Assembly (NCBI GenBank): GCA_038824035.1
Contig: JAWBBW010000010.1
Location: 1-47,144, forward strand
Source of the DNA: Desulfurococcaceae archaeon
GTDB taxonomy: Archaea > Thermoproteota > Thermoprotei_A > Sulfolobales > Desulfurococcaceae
Direction of reading: 5' to 3'
DNA length: 47,144 nt
Under the pieces are notes generated by a model. That model was given only the letters and a program-made list of their open reading frames with translations, was not told the origin of the DNA and searched no databases. This document shows, in pieces, positions 29,270 to 38,537 of this stretch. A program made the translations under genes and the position numbers. Each line of letters begins with the position of its first letter. Position 1 is the stretch's first letter.

Positions 29270-30202
29270 CTATCTCGCCTTCTCAGCCAATTTAACCAGC
29301 ATCGTTATAATGGCGTTGACGGAATTCTCCCTGCCTAGCTCCCTTGCAACAAAGCCATTTATATAATCGATCTCAGTTATCCTGCCAGCCATGAGGTCCT
29401 GTGCCATGCTCGAGTAGTTGTTTCCAGTACTCTTCACTGATCTAATCACATGATCTAATAGCCTATTGGGATCCAGCTCGTATCCATGTCTCCTAGCGAC
29501 TTCTACGACCTCGCCTATGATCAGCCTTGCGATCTCCAGGCCCTCTTTTTCCAGGATTATCTTGTTCTTAGACCTGGTCAACGCCGTTACCGGGTTGACC
29601 ACAGCATTCAATGCCAATTTTAACCACCGATAGAAATCTATGTCACTTGTCACTCGGAGCTCTAATCCACCTCTTCTCAGAATGTGATGTAATGAGAGGA
29701 GCTCTATGCAAGTCCTGTTCCTACACCCGGCGATCACAATGTCCCCGCCATGATATATCACCCTGTTTCTACTCGCCCTCTCTGCGCCGAAATAGACCAC
29801 TCCACCAGCCACTTTTAAATACGGTAAAGCGTTCTCCGCTAACTCTAAGCTACCGAACCCGTTTTGAAACATTATGACCACTGTATCCTGTATTGCGAGC
29901 CTTTTCATCAACTCAATGGTCTCTGGCACGCTGTACGCCTTGACGGTGTTAAGTATGTATAGGCACTTGTCCACAACTAGTTCTACTTGCCTAGGTATAA
30001 CCGGCACGAGTATTTCAACCCCCCTTACATTGTCGATCACTGTGATACCTTTATTCTCGTAGATGCTCTTGATACTATCAATTGACGAGTAGTAAACAGG
30101 GATCTCAGCGATACCACCCCTATATAGGAAATACGCCAAAGTGGAGCCAACCGCTCCGCCGCCTATTATACAAACATAATTGTAGTGGACCAAACTTTTC
30201 AC
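29270..30202 (-). CDS. panE: 2-dehydropantoate 2-reductase
   Basis: GGGAVG, VKAY, QNGFG, WLKL..N...NP.TAL, N.SSM.QD...GR.TEIDYING. Confidence 0.93.
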   Translation of the reverse strand: MKSLVHYNYVCIIGGGAVGSTLAYFLYRGGIAEIPVYYSSIDSIKSIYENKGITVIDNVRGVEILVPVIPRQVELVVDKCLYILNTVKAYSVPETIELMKRLAIQDTVVIMFQNGFGSLELAENALPYLKVAGGVVYFGAERASRNRVIYHGGDIVIAGCRNRTCIELLSLHHILRRGGLELRVTSDIDFYRWLKLALNAVVNPVTALTRSKNKIILEKEGLEIARLIIGEVVEVARRHGYELDPNRLLDHVIRSVKSTGNNYSSMAQDLMAGRITEIDYINGFVARELGRENSVNAIITMLVKLAEKAR

Positions 30203-31068
30203 CTCTTTATGTGGAGCTTTATCAAAGTGATTAACTCATCAATACTACTAGCAAATATGTAGTTTATGGCTTCTAGCCCCCTTCCACCTTGATCTAAAAT
30301 AACAAGAGGCCTCTTCACGGCAACGGCCTCCATGGATCTCCAAAAAGACTCCTCGTCTTCATGGGGCCCGGTGATCGCGAATGGCATGCCCAGTTCCCTT
30401 AACCCGCTGATCACGCTGGGCTCATGTCTTGTATTGAATCCAAGTTTCAACGATGAGTTATAACGAGCCATTACCAGGAAAACACGGGCCAGGTGCCTGC
30501 TTCCACCATAAGCTGGCTCCCCGGTAACCACGACCCTGTCCTTGCTTCTCACAATCCTACCTGTTAACCCTATAACGCCAGCAATATCAGCCGATTTGAT
30601 TGGCATGTAAACCAGGTTTGAACCGACCTCTGGGATAAGCCTCTCAATGCCAGGTATCTGCAGTACTCTGTACAAAATACTTTTATAGTACTCAATATCC
30701 GGGTCTCTCAATGAACCATTTAAGCAGAAATCTCCGAGGCCGCTGTATACTTTACACGCAGATCTCAGCGCCAGCGAGTTAACTATGCTGTATGATACTA
30801 TGAAGAATCTCTCTATATTGCCAGATAATACCAGGTTACACATCACATCGACATAGTGTTCCACGATCTCTTTTCCAATGCCCATTTCCTCGAGGTCTTT
30901 AATATATTCTTCTTGGCTTTTTTTCAACAACCTGTGGACAACTGGCTGTGTTACCCCGAGTAAATGGGCTATTCTATGCTGGCTTAAACCCTTTGAACTC
31001 AGTTTATGCGCCAATAAGCCCCTAATAGCTGGTAATATCCTCGTGTAGATCAATTCGTGTATCAACAT
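30199..31068 (-). CDS. HTH transcriptional regulator with ThiN-like ligand domain (ThiR-like)
   Basis: N-terminal LPAIR..LA..L...GLSQ..IA.LLGVTQ HTH. C-terminal IPEVGSN, GRIV, GGSRHLAR, D.GG.G.E. Confidence 0.8.
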   Translation of the reverse strand: MLIHELIYTRILPAIRGLLAHKLSSKGLSQHRIAHLLGVTQPVVHRLLKKSQEEYIKDLEEMGIGKEIVEHYVDVMCNLVLSGNIERFFIVSYSIVNSLALRSACKVYSGLGDFCLNGSLRDPDIEYYKSILYRVLQIPGIERLIPEVGSNLVYMPIKSADIAGVIGLTGRIVRSKDRVVVTGEPAYGGSRHLARVFLVMARYNSSLKLGFNTRHEPSVISGLRELGMPFAITGPHEDEESFWRSMEAVAVKRPLVILDQGGRGLEAINYIFASSIDELITLIKLHIKR

Positions 31069-31717
31069 TTCTCGTTAATACCTCGTCTCTCCTAACAATC
31101 GTACTATTTGTTTTGGGTTTTTCTAACTTAGCTGATACCATTTCAGCAAGATTCAATATCTCCCTGAGCATGGCGATCTCCGGGGCGAAATAATCCTCGT
31201 AATACTCCATTTCGCTCAGTACTGAAATGATCTTATCAAGTTCCTTGAAAACAAATTCCTTGAAAACATTTTTATCAGCATTAGATAACTCAGTCTTAAA
31301 CGCGAGTCTTCTCAACAAATCCCTTGTTCTCAGCGGTTCAAGGCTCCTATACTTGACGAGCAAAGCCTTTGTCCTTGGATCACCTTTATCCACTCCACTG
31401 AGCATTTCCCCCAGTATTTCCCTAACTAGCTCTATGTCCCTGAATCTCCACCATGTCTGATTCGAAGATGTGTATGATTTCTCTATTATATTGTACTCCT
31501 TCTCCATGATCCTAAGTATGTTAACCGGGTTATAGTTGATACCCATGTTGTAGAGCCTTGAGACGAGGTGTTTGAAACTGAAATCGCCTATTCTATGATC
31601 CACGCTCGGGTCTCTTGAAATATCATAAGCTGTTTTCAAAACCATTAAGGCCTTTTCCCCATATCTCTCTAAGAAAGCACGTATGTTTTCACGTAAACTA
31701 GTGTTTGACAAAAACAC
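31022..31717 (-). CDS. Hypothetical protein (possible winged-helix N-terminal half)
   Basis: Long ORF with GGGG RBS. Motif GDFSFK...YNP...L...EKEY.IIEKSY.SSNQTWW. No function recognised. Confidence 0.7.
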   Translation of the reverse strand: MFLSNTSLRENIRAFLERYGEKALMVLKTAYDISRDPSVDHRIGDFSFKHLVSRLYNMGINYNPVNILRIMEKEYNIIEKSYTSSNQTWWRFRDIELVREILGEMLSGVDKGDPRTKALLVKYRSLEPLRTRDLLRRLAFKTELSNADKNVFKEFVFKELDKIISVLSEMEYYEDYFAPEIAMLREILNLAEMVSAKLEKPKTNSTIVRRDEVLTRNVDTRIDLHEDITSY

Positions 31718-31786
31718 CCCTATTATAGTAGTAAGGGTATTACGTATATAACCGTTTTCTAGGAATATTCTCTACGGTGTGATTGA

Positions 31787-32524
31787 GTGGTTAACGGCAT
31801 GAACGTGGTTGAATTAATAGATGTGCACAAGGTCTACGAGAACAGGGTGCACGCTGTTAAAGGAGTTACATTAACTGTGAAAGAAGGCGAGATATACGGC
31901 CTCATAGGCCCTAATGGCGCTGGTAAAACAACGTTGTTGAGAATGATTGTGGGATTGGTGAAGCCAAGTAAGGGCGTGGTCAGAGTAATGGGACAGGACC
32001 CCTACAGGGATTTCGACGCTACAAGGGCATTTATAAGCTATTTGCCAGAAGACGCCAATACTTATCCATTACTGACTGGCCTGGAACACTTGTATTTCTA
32101 CGCAAAGATCTATGGGGCTGTCAATGCCGATGAAATGGTCAAGTATGGTGCGGAAATATCTGGTCTTGGCAAGAGGTTAAACGACCTCACACTCAGATAT
32201 AGCCATGGAATGAGGAGAAGGCTTTTATTAGCAGTCGCGTTAATGAGGAAACCGAAAATAGCGGTGTTAGATGAGCCGACGAGCGGGCTGGACGTCCACG
32301 CTAGCGTTAGTGTTAGGAATATGATTAAGAAATACGTGGCTGAGACACGGGCAACAGTCATCGTGAGCAGTCACAACATGCTCGAGATAGAGTACTTATG
32401 TGATAGAGTTGGGCTGATACACAACGGGGTGTTGATAGCTGAGGATGAACCGAGAAAGCTCATGAGAGATCATAACGCCTCTAACTTGGAGGAGGTGTTC
32501 ACAAAGCTCGTGGGTGAGCGTTAA
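31787..32524 (+). CDS. ABC-2 exporter ATP-binding subunit (NatA-like) 2
   Basis: GPNGAGKTT, YSHGMRR, VLDEPTSGLD, SSHNM. Confidence 0.93.
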   Translation: MVNGMNVVELIDVHKVYENRVHAVKGVTLTVKEGEIYGLIGPNGAGKTTLLRMIVGLVKPSKGVVRVMGQDPYRDFDATRAFISYLPEDANTYPLLTGLEHLYFYAKIYGAVNADEMVKYGAEISGLGKRLNDLTLRYSHGMRRRLLLAVALMRKPKIAVLDEPTSGLDVHASVSVRNMIKKYVAETRATVIVSSHNMLEIEYLCDRVGLIHNGVLIAEDEPRKLMRDHNASNLEEVFTKLVGER

Positions 32525-33780
32525 TGGTGAGGCTAGACAAGGTCAAAGCGTTGATCTGGAAAGAGCTAAGAGAGCTGTCGAGAGATAGGAAGACAATACT
32601 CACGACAATAATATTTCCATTGATATCGCTACCATCAATAGGCTTGCTCACAGTCCTGCTGATAGCTCAACAACCCATTGTGATCGCAATCGTAGTGGAG
32701 GACCTGGCCAGGGACAATTCACTGGCAATGCAGTTACAGGATATACTAAGCAACACGTTGTCGCAAAAAGGATATGTAACAATAGCTATGAGCGACAGGT
32801 ATAGCGCTATCTACAACTCCACCATTGACATCGTTGTCGTGATACCTAAGGGTTTCTCGGAAAACGCCACTAGTTATGACAAGGTGGCTTACGTGGAAAT
32901 CGTGAGAAGAGCCGGTGTTAATGTCCAGAGAGCGGATCAAGCGGAGTCCGAGATACGTGGAGTCATATCGTGGTTCTCAGATACCTTATCTAGGATAAAG
33001 ATCGAGAGATTGGCGAACATGGCTGGCCTATTCGAATACAACGTGGATGCCATAAGAAATCCGGTAACAATAGGGGCGCCCATCATCGTCACACCCGGCG
33101 GGCAACCAGCAGGGCCGGAGGATGTGTTGAAGGCATTTGTTGCCAGGTTATTGGTGTTGTCGTTCGCGTTCGTAGTGACACCGGCATCGTCGTTTGTAAT
33201 TGACGGTGTGATTGGAGAAAGGGAGAGAAAGACCATGGAGATGCTCCTCTCATCGCCAGCTGGTTTGACCGAGATATTCTCGGCTAAACTAATAGCGGCA
33301 ACGCTCGTCGGCCTGATAGCGGCGATCGCTGATATGCTTGGCCTAGTTGTCTACTTTGGCTTAATGTTGTTCGCCATAGGAGGAGTGTTCATGGCGGTGT
33401 TTCACCCTGTCTTAATACTGTTACACGCTGTGACAGCGTTTTTCACAATACTAGCAACCATATCAATGGCCATGCCGTTTATATCTAGGACAAGGGGGAT
33501 TAGAAGTGCGAGCAACATAGCAGGCATAATAACTGGTGTAGGAATAATATTCTTCATAGCCGGGTGGATCGTCGACATACCGAGGTTGAATCCGAATATA
33601 AGGATACCATTAATGATCGTGCCATACACACACAGCATACTGGTTATTCAAAACTACATATATTCCAATTATAGGGATATATTATTCAATATGCTTGTAT
33701 TAATAGCCATATCGGCAATGTTCATGTATATATCGATGAAGCTCATAGATAAGGAGAAACTCCTGTTGGCAAGGGACTAG
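32524..33780 (+). CDS. ABC-2 exporter permease (NatB-like) 2
   Basis: KELRELSRDRKT, GERERKTMEMLLSSP...IFSAK, multiple TM helices. TAATG coupling to the ATPase. Confidence 0.9.
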   Translation: MVRLDKVKALIWKELRELSRDRKTILTTIIFPLISLPSIGLLTVLLIAQQPIVIAIVVEDLARDNSLAMQLQDILSNTLSQKGYVTIAMSDRYSAIYNSTIDIVVVIPKGFSENATSYDKVAYVEIVRRAGVNVQRADQAESEIRGVISWFSDTLSRIKIERLANMAGLFEYNVDAIRNPVTIGAPIIVTPGGQPAGPEDVLKAFVARLLVLSFAFVVTPASSFVIDGVIGERERKTMEMLLSSPAGLTEIFSAKLIAATLVGLIAAIADMLGLVVYFGLMLFAIGGVFMAVFHPVLILLHAVTAFFTILATISMAMPFISRTRGIRSASNIAGIITGVGIIFFIAGWIVDIPRLNPNIRIPLMIVPYTHSILVIQNYIYSNYRDILFNMLVLIAISAMFMYISMKLIDKEKLLLARD

Positions 33781-33840
33781 GTTGTACCAGAATATTTATT
33801 TATCGCCCCATTATTGTACTAAGGTAGGCAAGGTGTCATC

Positions 33841-34344
33841 ATGAAATGGGTTTCATACTATCGCTTGGTGATATATGCCAGCGATAACAACGTCATAGAT
33901 ATACCCATGGTCGTTGAGAAAACAGGGCTCAGCTCAGAGACTATTAAGAAATATTTGAAAAAACTGGTACAAGAAGGCCTCGTGGAGAGAAGAGGCGATA
34001 GCTACGTTTTAACAGAGATCGGGGTGAGGTTTAGGGATAGTTTAAAGGCCTTGATGAATAGGAGAGATGCACCGCCATATGTAATTACCGATCCCATGAC
34101 GGGTTCTCCCATACATCTTTCTTTCAAGAACTACGAGCAATTACTAGCAATAATTAAAACAGGCTTAGTTGATGAAACGATAGTGGAGAAACACTTAGAG
34201 AAATATATGGCAAGGTGGATCAGAGATGCTCTGGGGGATAGTTATGCCGAGTTCTTGATAACACAGGGTAAGATAAAGACAGCAAAGGATCTCGAGAGAT
34301 ATTTAGAAACCATGATCTTCCTAGTAAGAGAACTGAGCACTTAG
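33841..34344 (+). CDS. Winged-helix DNA-binding protein
   Basis: TGLSSETIKKYLKKLVQEGLVERRGDSYVLTEIG wHTH pattern. GGTG RBS. Confidence 0.75.
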   Translation: MKWVSYYRLVIYASDNNVIDIPMVVEKTGLSSETIKKYLKKLVQEGLVERRGDSYVLTEIGVRFRDSLKALMNRRDAPPYVITDPMTGSPIHLSFKNYEQLLAIIKTGLVDETIVEKHLEKYMARWIRDALGDSYAEFLITQGKIKTAKDLERYLETMIFLVRELST

Positions 34345-34825
34345 GGCCATTCCATGAATACTGAGATCTAGAATCATAACCATCACGCCTGGATCTCGAG
34401 ATTTATCATTTTTAGCGGGCTCGGCGATAACTCATCTTACAATATCGATTGATCACCTGTTATTTCAAATCCCGTTAACGACAATATTACCTATGTTGTT
34501 CATTGTCAATGGCAATAACCATGTCTTGATCTCGTCATAGTGGGGAATTGATATCGCATTGTCCAGATCAATGGTAGATCTGTATTTAATTCCAGGTACT
34601 CCTTAAAATGCATTTACCCAGTTATGATCATGAGGGATATCGTCCTCGGGAAACAAGATATCAATGCACGTGGTCGCGATGAACCGTGTTTAATGGGGTA
34701 ATAGTATTTTTGCCAGGGATTTAATACAGCCATATCTGTGCACTAATGTGTGTGCTAAGTGAAAATGATGGGATAGCTATGTGAGGATGCGAGGCTATGT
34801 ATATTAAAAATTAAGTATTCTAAAT

Positions 34826-35713
34826 CTAAGAATTAGTGGAGGACTTGGCTTTTTTCGCCAACTCCATGTAATACCTAGCTATTTGTGGATAGTCCTTGTC
34901 CCCGTAACCCCCTGTACTCGCAAACATATACATCGATGCAAAAGCATCTGACAACATGGATGGCAATCTCTTCTCCTTGAGCGCTGATGCTAGATACGAA
35001 TAATCTTTGCCAGCCATCCATACTTTGAATCTTGGCGGTTTCTCTTCTGTGATTCGTGCCCAATACCTGTCTATCACTTGGCCAAACCATATGCTATTGG
35101 CCACTTTGCGGAACAAATCGATGTCGACCCCCCAGGATTCGAGTAACATAAGGGATTCAGCTATTATGGCCGGTATTGATAACCCTATATTGTTCAACGC
35201 TAGTTTTAACACAGCCGCAGTAGGAGGTTTCCCCGTATAAAATATCCTTGAACTATAGAGCTCTAAAACGTTATTGATAGCCTCTAATATGTTTTCACTA
35301 CATGCAACCATTGATATTAATTTACAATCCCTGGCTTCATCAGCACTCCCATAGACAGGTGCCTCGACATATTCAACCCCGATTTGGCCTAATTCCTCCA
35401 TTGCCTCTATGCTGGCCATAGGTGTAACTGTGCTGGCGTTTACAAAGACCTTGTTTTTCAATGAAGCCGAGCCCCTGGTTATATTACGGACAACGTCTCG
35501 TAGTGCGTAATCATCAGGTAGAAACGCTATTGCGAGGTCGACTTTCTCGAGTAATTGATGGGGGGATTCGTACACTGTACCACCGATCTCATCTGCCAAT
35601 TTCTCTGCACGGGACTTGGTCCTGTTATAGAGTCCTGGTTTAATACCTTTACTTGAGAGACATCTGGCTAGATTAGAGCCCATTATACCCGTGCCAATTA
35701 TCCCGATTAACAC
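34826..35713 (-). CDS. NAD(P)-dependent beta-hydroxyacid dehydrogenase (3-hydroxyisobutyrate DH / tartronate semialdehyde reductase family)
   Basis: GIIGTGIMG, YNRT, NASTV.P, EAPVYGS, LKLALN (catalytic Lys), F......KD. Confidence 0.9.
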   Translation of the reverse strand: MLIGIIGTGIMGSNLARCLSSKGIKPGLYNRTKSRAEKLADEIGGTVYESPHQLLEKVDLAIAFLPDDYALRDVVRNITRGSASLKNKVFVNASTVTPMASIEAMEELGQIGVEYVEAPVYGSADEARDCKLISMVACSENILEAINNVLELYSSRIFYTGKPPTAAVLKLALNNIGLSIPAIIAESLMLLESWGVDIDLFRKVANSIWFGQVIDRYWARITEEKPPRFKVWMAGKDYSYLASALKEKRLPSMLSDAFASMYMFASTGGYGDKDYPQIARYYMELAKKAKSSTNS

Positions 35714-35802
35714 CTAGGACACCGTTTTAGATAATGCCCTTGGTATATATTTTATTTATCTCCCATTCAATAAACTATGTTGACATAAGGTGGTATTGCC
35801 GC

Positions 35803-36594
35803 ATGCATATTGGGAAACACTTGAGAATGTACCGCATACTAAGCCCTGTCACAAACAGGACTGTGATAGTCCCATTGGATCATGGCGGTTACGGGATGAT
35901 CGAGGGTTTAGAGGATATAAGTAACGTTGTTAAGGGCGTTGTGAAAGGAGGGGCTAATGCATTGATCCTACAGCCAGGCATCGTGAAACAGGTGTACAAG
36001 GAGATCGCCGGTAAAACTGGGCTGATAATAAGGGTAAGCGCTATCTCCGTTTTCAACAAGAATAGAGGGTTGATCGAGGCTGGCACGTACAGTGTCGAGA
36101 ACTCGTTGATGCTCGGGGCTGATGCAGTTATAACATCGCTGTATATCGGGGGTGAATATGAAATCGAAAGCATAGAGAACACTAGTAGTGTGTGTGGCGT
36201 GGCTGATAGATATGGTGTGCCGTGTTTGGTGGAGGCCTTTCCATCCTTGGACAGGTTTAAGAGTGTTCAAGACCCAGAGGGAATAATACAGGTGATTAGA
36301 ATGGCAGTGGAGCTTGGTGCCGACATGGTCAAGGCCTATCTACCGGCTGATTACGATTTCATGAAAGAAGCTGTTAAGAAAGCCAGGGTACCAGTGGTGT
36401 TAGCTGGCGGTGAGGCCTCCTCGCCGATAGATGTATTGAGGCTCGCCAAGCTCGCGATCGATGCTGGTTTAGCCGGTGTCTGCTTCGGGAGAAAGGTTTT
36501 CAAATACAAGGACCCGTCTTTAATGGTCAAGGCATTATCCCTTATAATCCATGAAGGCCTGGGCGTGGAAGAGGCATCTAAGATCCTTGTTTAA
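35803..36594 (+). CDS. Class I (DhnA/LsrF-type) aldolase
   Basis: PLDHG, LGADAV, ELGADMVK (Schiff-base Lys), PVVLAGG, G..FGR.VF. Start at ATG 35803 after AGGTGG. Confidence 0.9.
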   Translation: MHIGKHLRMYRILSPVTNRTVIVPLDHGGYGMIEGLEDISNVVKGVVKGGANALILQPGIVKQVYKEIAGKTGLIIRVSAISVFNKNRGLIEAGTYSVENSLMLGADAVITSLYIGGEYEIESIENTSSVCGVADRYGVPCLVEAFPSLDRFKSVQDPEGIIQVIRMAVELGADMVKAYLPADYDFMKEAVKKARVPVVLAGGEASSPIDVLRLAKLAIDAGLAGVCFGRKVFKYKDPSLMVKALSLIIHEGLGVEEASKILV

Positions 36595-37297
36595 CAACAT
36601 CTATGTACACTGGGTGTAATTGCATTTTAAAATCCCTTTTACCCTCCATGGCTATCATTACCCATAAGTATTTCAACCCCTTCACAGGCGTTGAGACATT
36701 TGGATGATAACCCCTTGTCACCAACACAGCGTCGTAATCCCTCACTATATATGCCTCTTCATGGTCATCGTTAATTATTAATTGAACACCAAGTCCAGGC
36801 TCCACATCATAGTACACGAATAACTCGTATTTGTCGTCGTGTCTATGAGGTGGAAACGAACCCCAGCAACCAGGGCAACAATGTGTATAACCCGCGAGAA
36901 ACCTAGAAGATGCGTCTTCCTCGCCTATGAGCAAGTATCTTCTTCTACGAGATCTCTCATCACCTATATCGAAGAACATTGCATCTCCAAATCTCTTGAG
37001 ATATGGTTTATATTTAGTATTAGACATGGCCTCTAAGACATAGACAATTGAACCCTCTTGAAGCGAGAGATCTAGGCGGCTTATTCCCATGGGTATGTAT
37101 ATCATGTCCTTTTCAAGGGCCATTAATTCATTGAATTTCACAGCCCCTTTAAGGGGCACAATTATTTTCTCGCTCTCAGTGTTTGTGTATATCGATACTG
37201 AGGTTATTTTGATCGATTGGATAAAATGAAGAGCTATGTCTCGAATACGAAATATTTCAATCGGTTTATCCGTAATTCCTGGCTTCCTGAACAACAT
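36578..37297 (-). CDS. 5-deoxy-glucuronate isomerase-like cupin (IolB/KduI family)
   Basis: WGSFPPHRHD, ELFVYY, G.GVQ, D.VLV.RGYHP. Start at ATG 37297 after GGAGGTG. Confidence 0.87.
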   Translation of the reverse strand: MLFRKPGITDKPIEIFRIRDIALHFIQSIKITSVSIYTNTESEKIIVPLKGAVKFNELMALEKDMIYIPMGISRLDLSLQEGSIVYVLEAMSNTKYKPYLKRFGDAMFFDIGDERSRRRRYLLIGEEDASSRFLAGYTHCCPGCWGSFPPHRHDDKYELFVYYDVEPGLGVQLIINDDHEEAYIVRDYDAVLVTRGYHPNVSTPVKGLKYLWVMIAMEGKRDFKMQLHPVYIDVVKQGS

Positions 37298-37448
37298 GTT
37301 TAAAGCACCTCCTTGACTCTGCCAGGTTCGTGTAGGCCATGAGTGGGTATTAAACAATTTAATATCAATTAGCTCTAAGACAATTCATTAAAAACACAGC
37401 CCTAATGGTTTACAGGAACATGGTGTAAAACAGTGATATGAAACACCA

Positions 37449-38537
37449 CTAACCCTCATTGAGAACACACCACTCCTCTACAAGTCTCCTATAGATCTCA
37501 ATACCTTTTTTCAATTCATCCATGGATATCCTCTCTTCAGCACTATGTGCGAGCTCTGATCTGCCGGGTCCATAAGCAATCATGTCCTCCGTTATAACTG
37601 GGAACAATATATTCATATCGCTTGTGCCGTGTTTGTATAAGACCCTCGGTTTTTGCCCAGCTCTGAGCAAGGCCCTGATTAAGGCCCTTGCAACCTCGTT
37701 GTTAATGCTCGACTTAACAGGTTTTGTAAACTCTATTAAATCCCATTCACATCCATCCATGGATGATATAGCATTTCGAATATCATGTATAACCGATTCC
37801 GGGTCATTATCTATGCCTATTCTCACCTGGATCAATGCTGACCCTTCTCTAGGTATAACAGGCATATCCTCGCCACACTCTAATTTCAATAGAACAGCTG
37901 TATTGTGATTAACACCAACATTGTCATAGCCCCTGTTCTTGAGAACATTCCATATCCCTATTAATTTCTCACAAGCCGATCCACTCGAGCCCATCGAGGA
38001 ATGTCCCCCTTGCCCAGTACAGTAAACCCTCACTTTCAAACTCCCTCTGTAACCGATGACTACTCCATTGGTGTTAGTTGGCTCAGCTATCACAACCCCC
38101 TTTGCCCTGAATCCTTTTCTAACCAAGTGTTTTGCACCTATGCTTTCGCCCTCCTCATCAACCAATGCAATTGCATATATTTTGTATTTCCCAGTATTCA
38201 CGAAGTCCTTGGCGAGGGCGAATCCTATGAAACCAGCGACCAGTGGGCCCTTGGCGTCCACTGCTCCTCTGCCCTGGATCTCGTCCCCACTTACGCTTAT
38301 AGGTATCTTCCACGGAATAGTGTCTATGTGGCCTATCAAAGCCAGCGTTCTATCCCCTTTTCCATAACTGGCTATTAAGTTACCGACTTCGTCCACTTCG
38401 ACATGTTCATAGCCCAGTTTCTCGGCATATTTCCCCAGGATCTCTACTGCCTGACGCTCTCCTCGAGGAGGGCTATATGTTTTCAATAGATCTAGCAACA
38501 TCTCTACGGCTAAGTTCTTGATCAACGCATTTCTCAA
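37449..38537 (-). CDS. lysK: [LysW]-lysine hydrolase (M20 family)
   Basis: GHIDT, GRGAVDAKGPL, DEEG, EP, GYRG, GTSDMN, YGPG.S.LAH..EE. Last gene of lysWXJK. Confidence 0.92.
   Translation of the reverse strand: MRNALIKNLAVEMLLDLLKTYSPPRGERQAVEILGKYAEKLGYEHVEVDEVGNLIASYGKGDRTLALIGHIDTIPWKIPISVSGDEIQGRGAVDAKGPLVAGFIGFALAKDFVNTGKYKIYAIALVDEEGESIGAKHLVRKGFRAKGVVIAEPTNTNGVVIGYRGSLKVRVYCTGQGGHSSMGSSGSACEKLIGIWNVLKNRGYDNVGVNHNTAVLLKLECGEDMPVIPREGSALIQVRIGIDNDPESVIHDIRNAISSMDGCEWDLIEFTKPVKSSINNEVARALIRALLRAGQKPRVLYKHGTSDMNILFPVITEDMIAYGPGRSELAHSAEERISMDELKKGIEIYRRLVEEWCVLNEG

Noticed and set aside
34464-34474. TTCAAATCCCG resembling a tRNA T-arm or integration site
   Set aside because: No cloverleaf or acceptor stem, no second copy seen and no integrase in the window.
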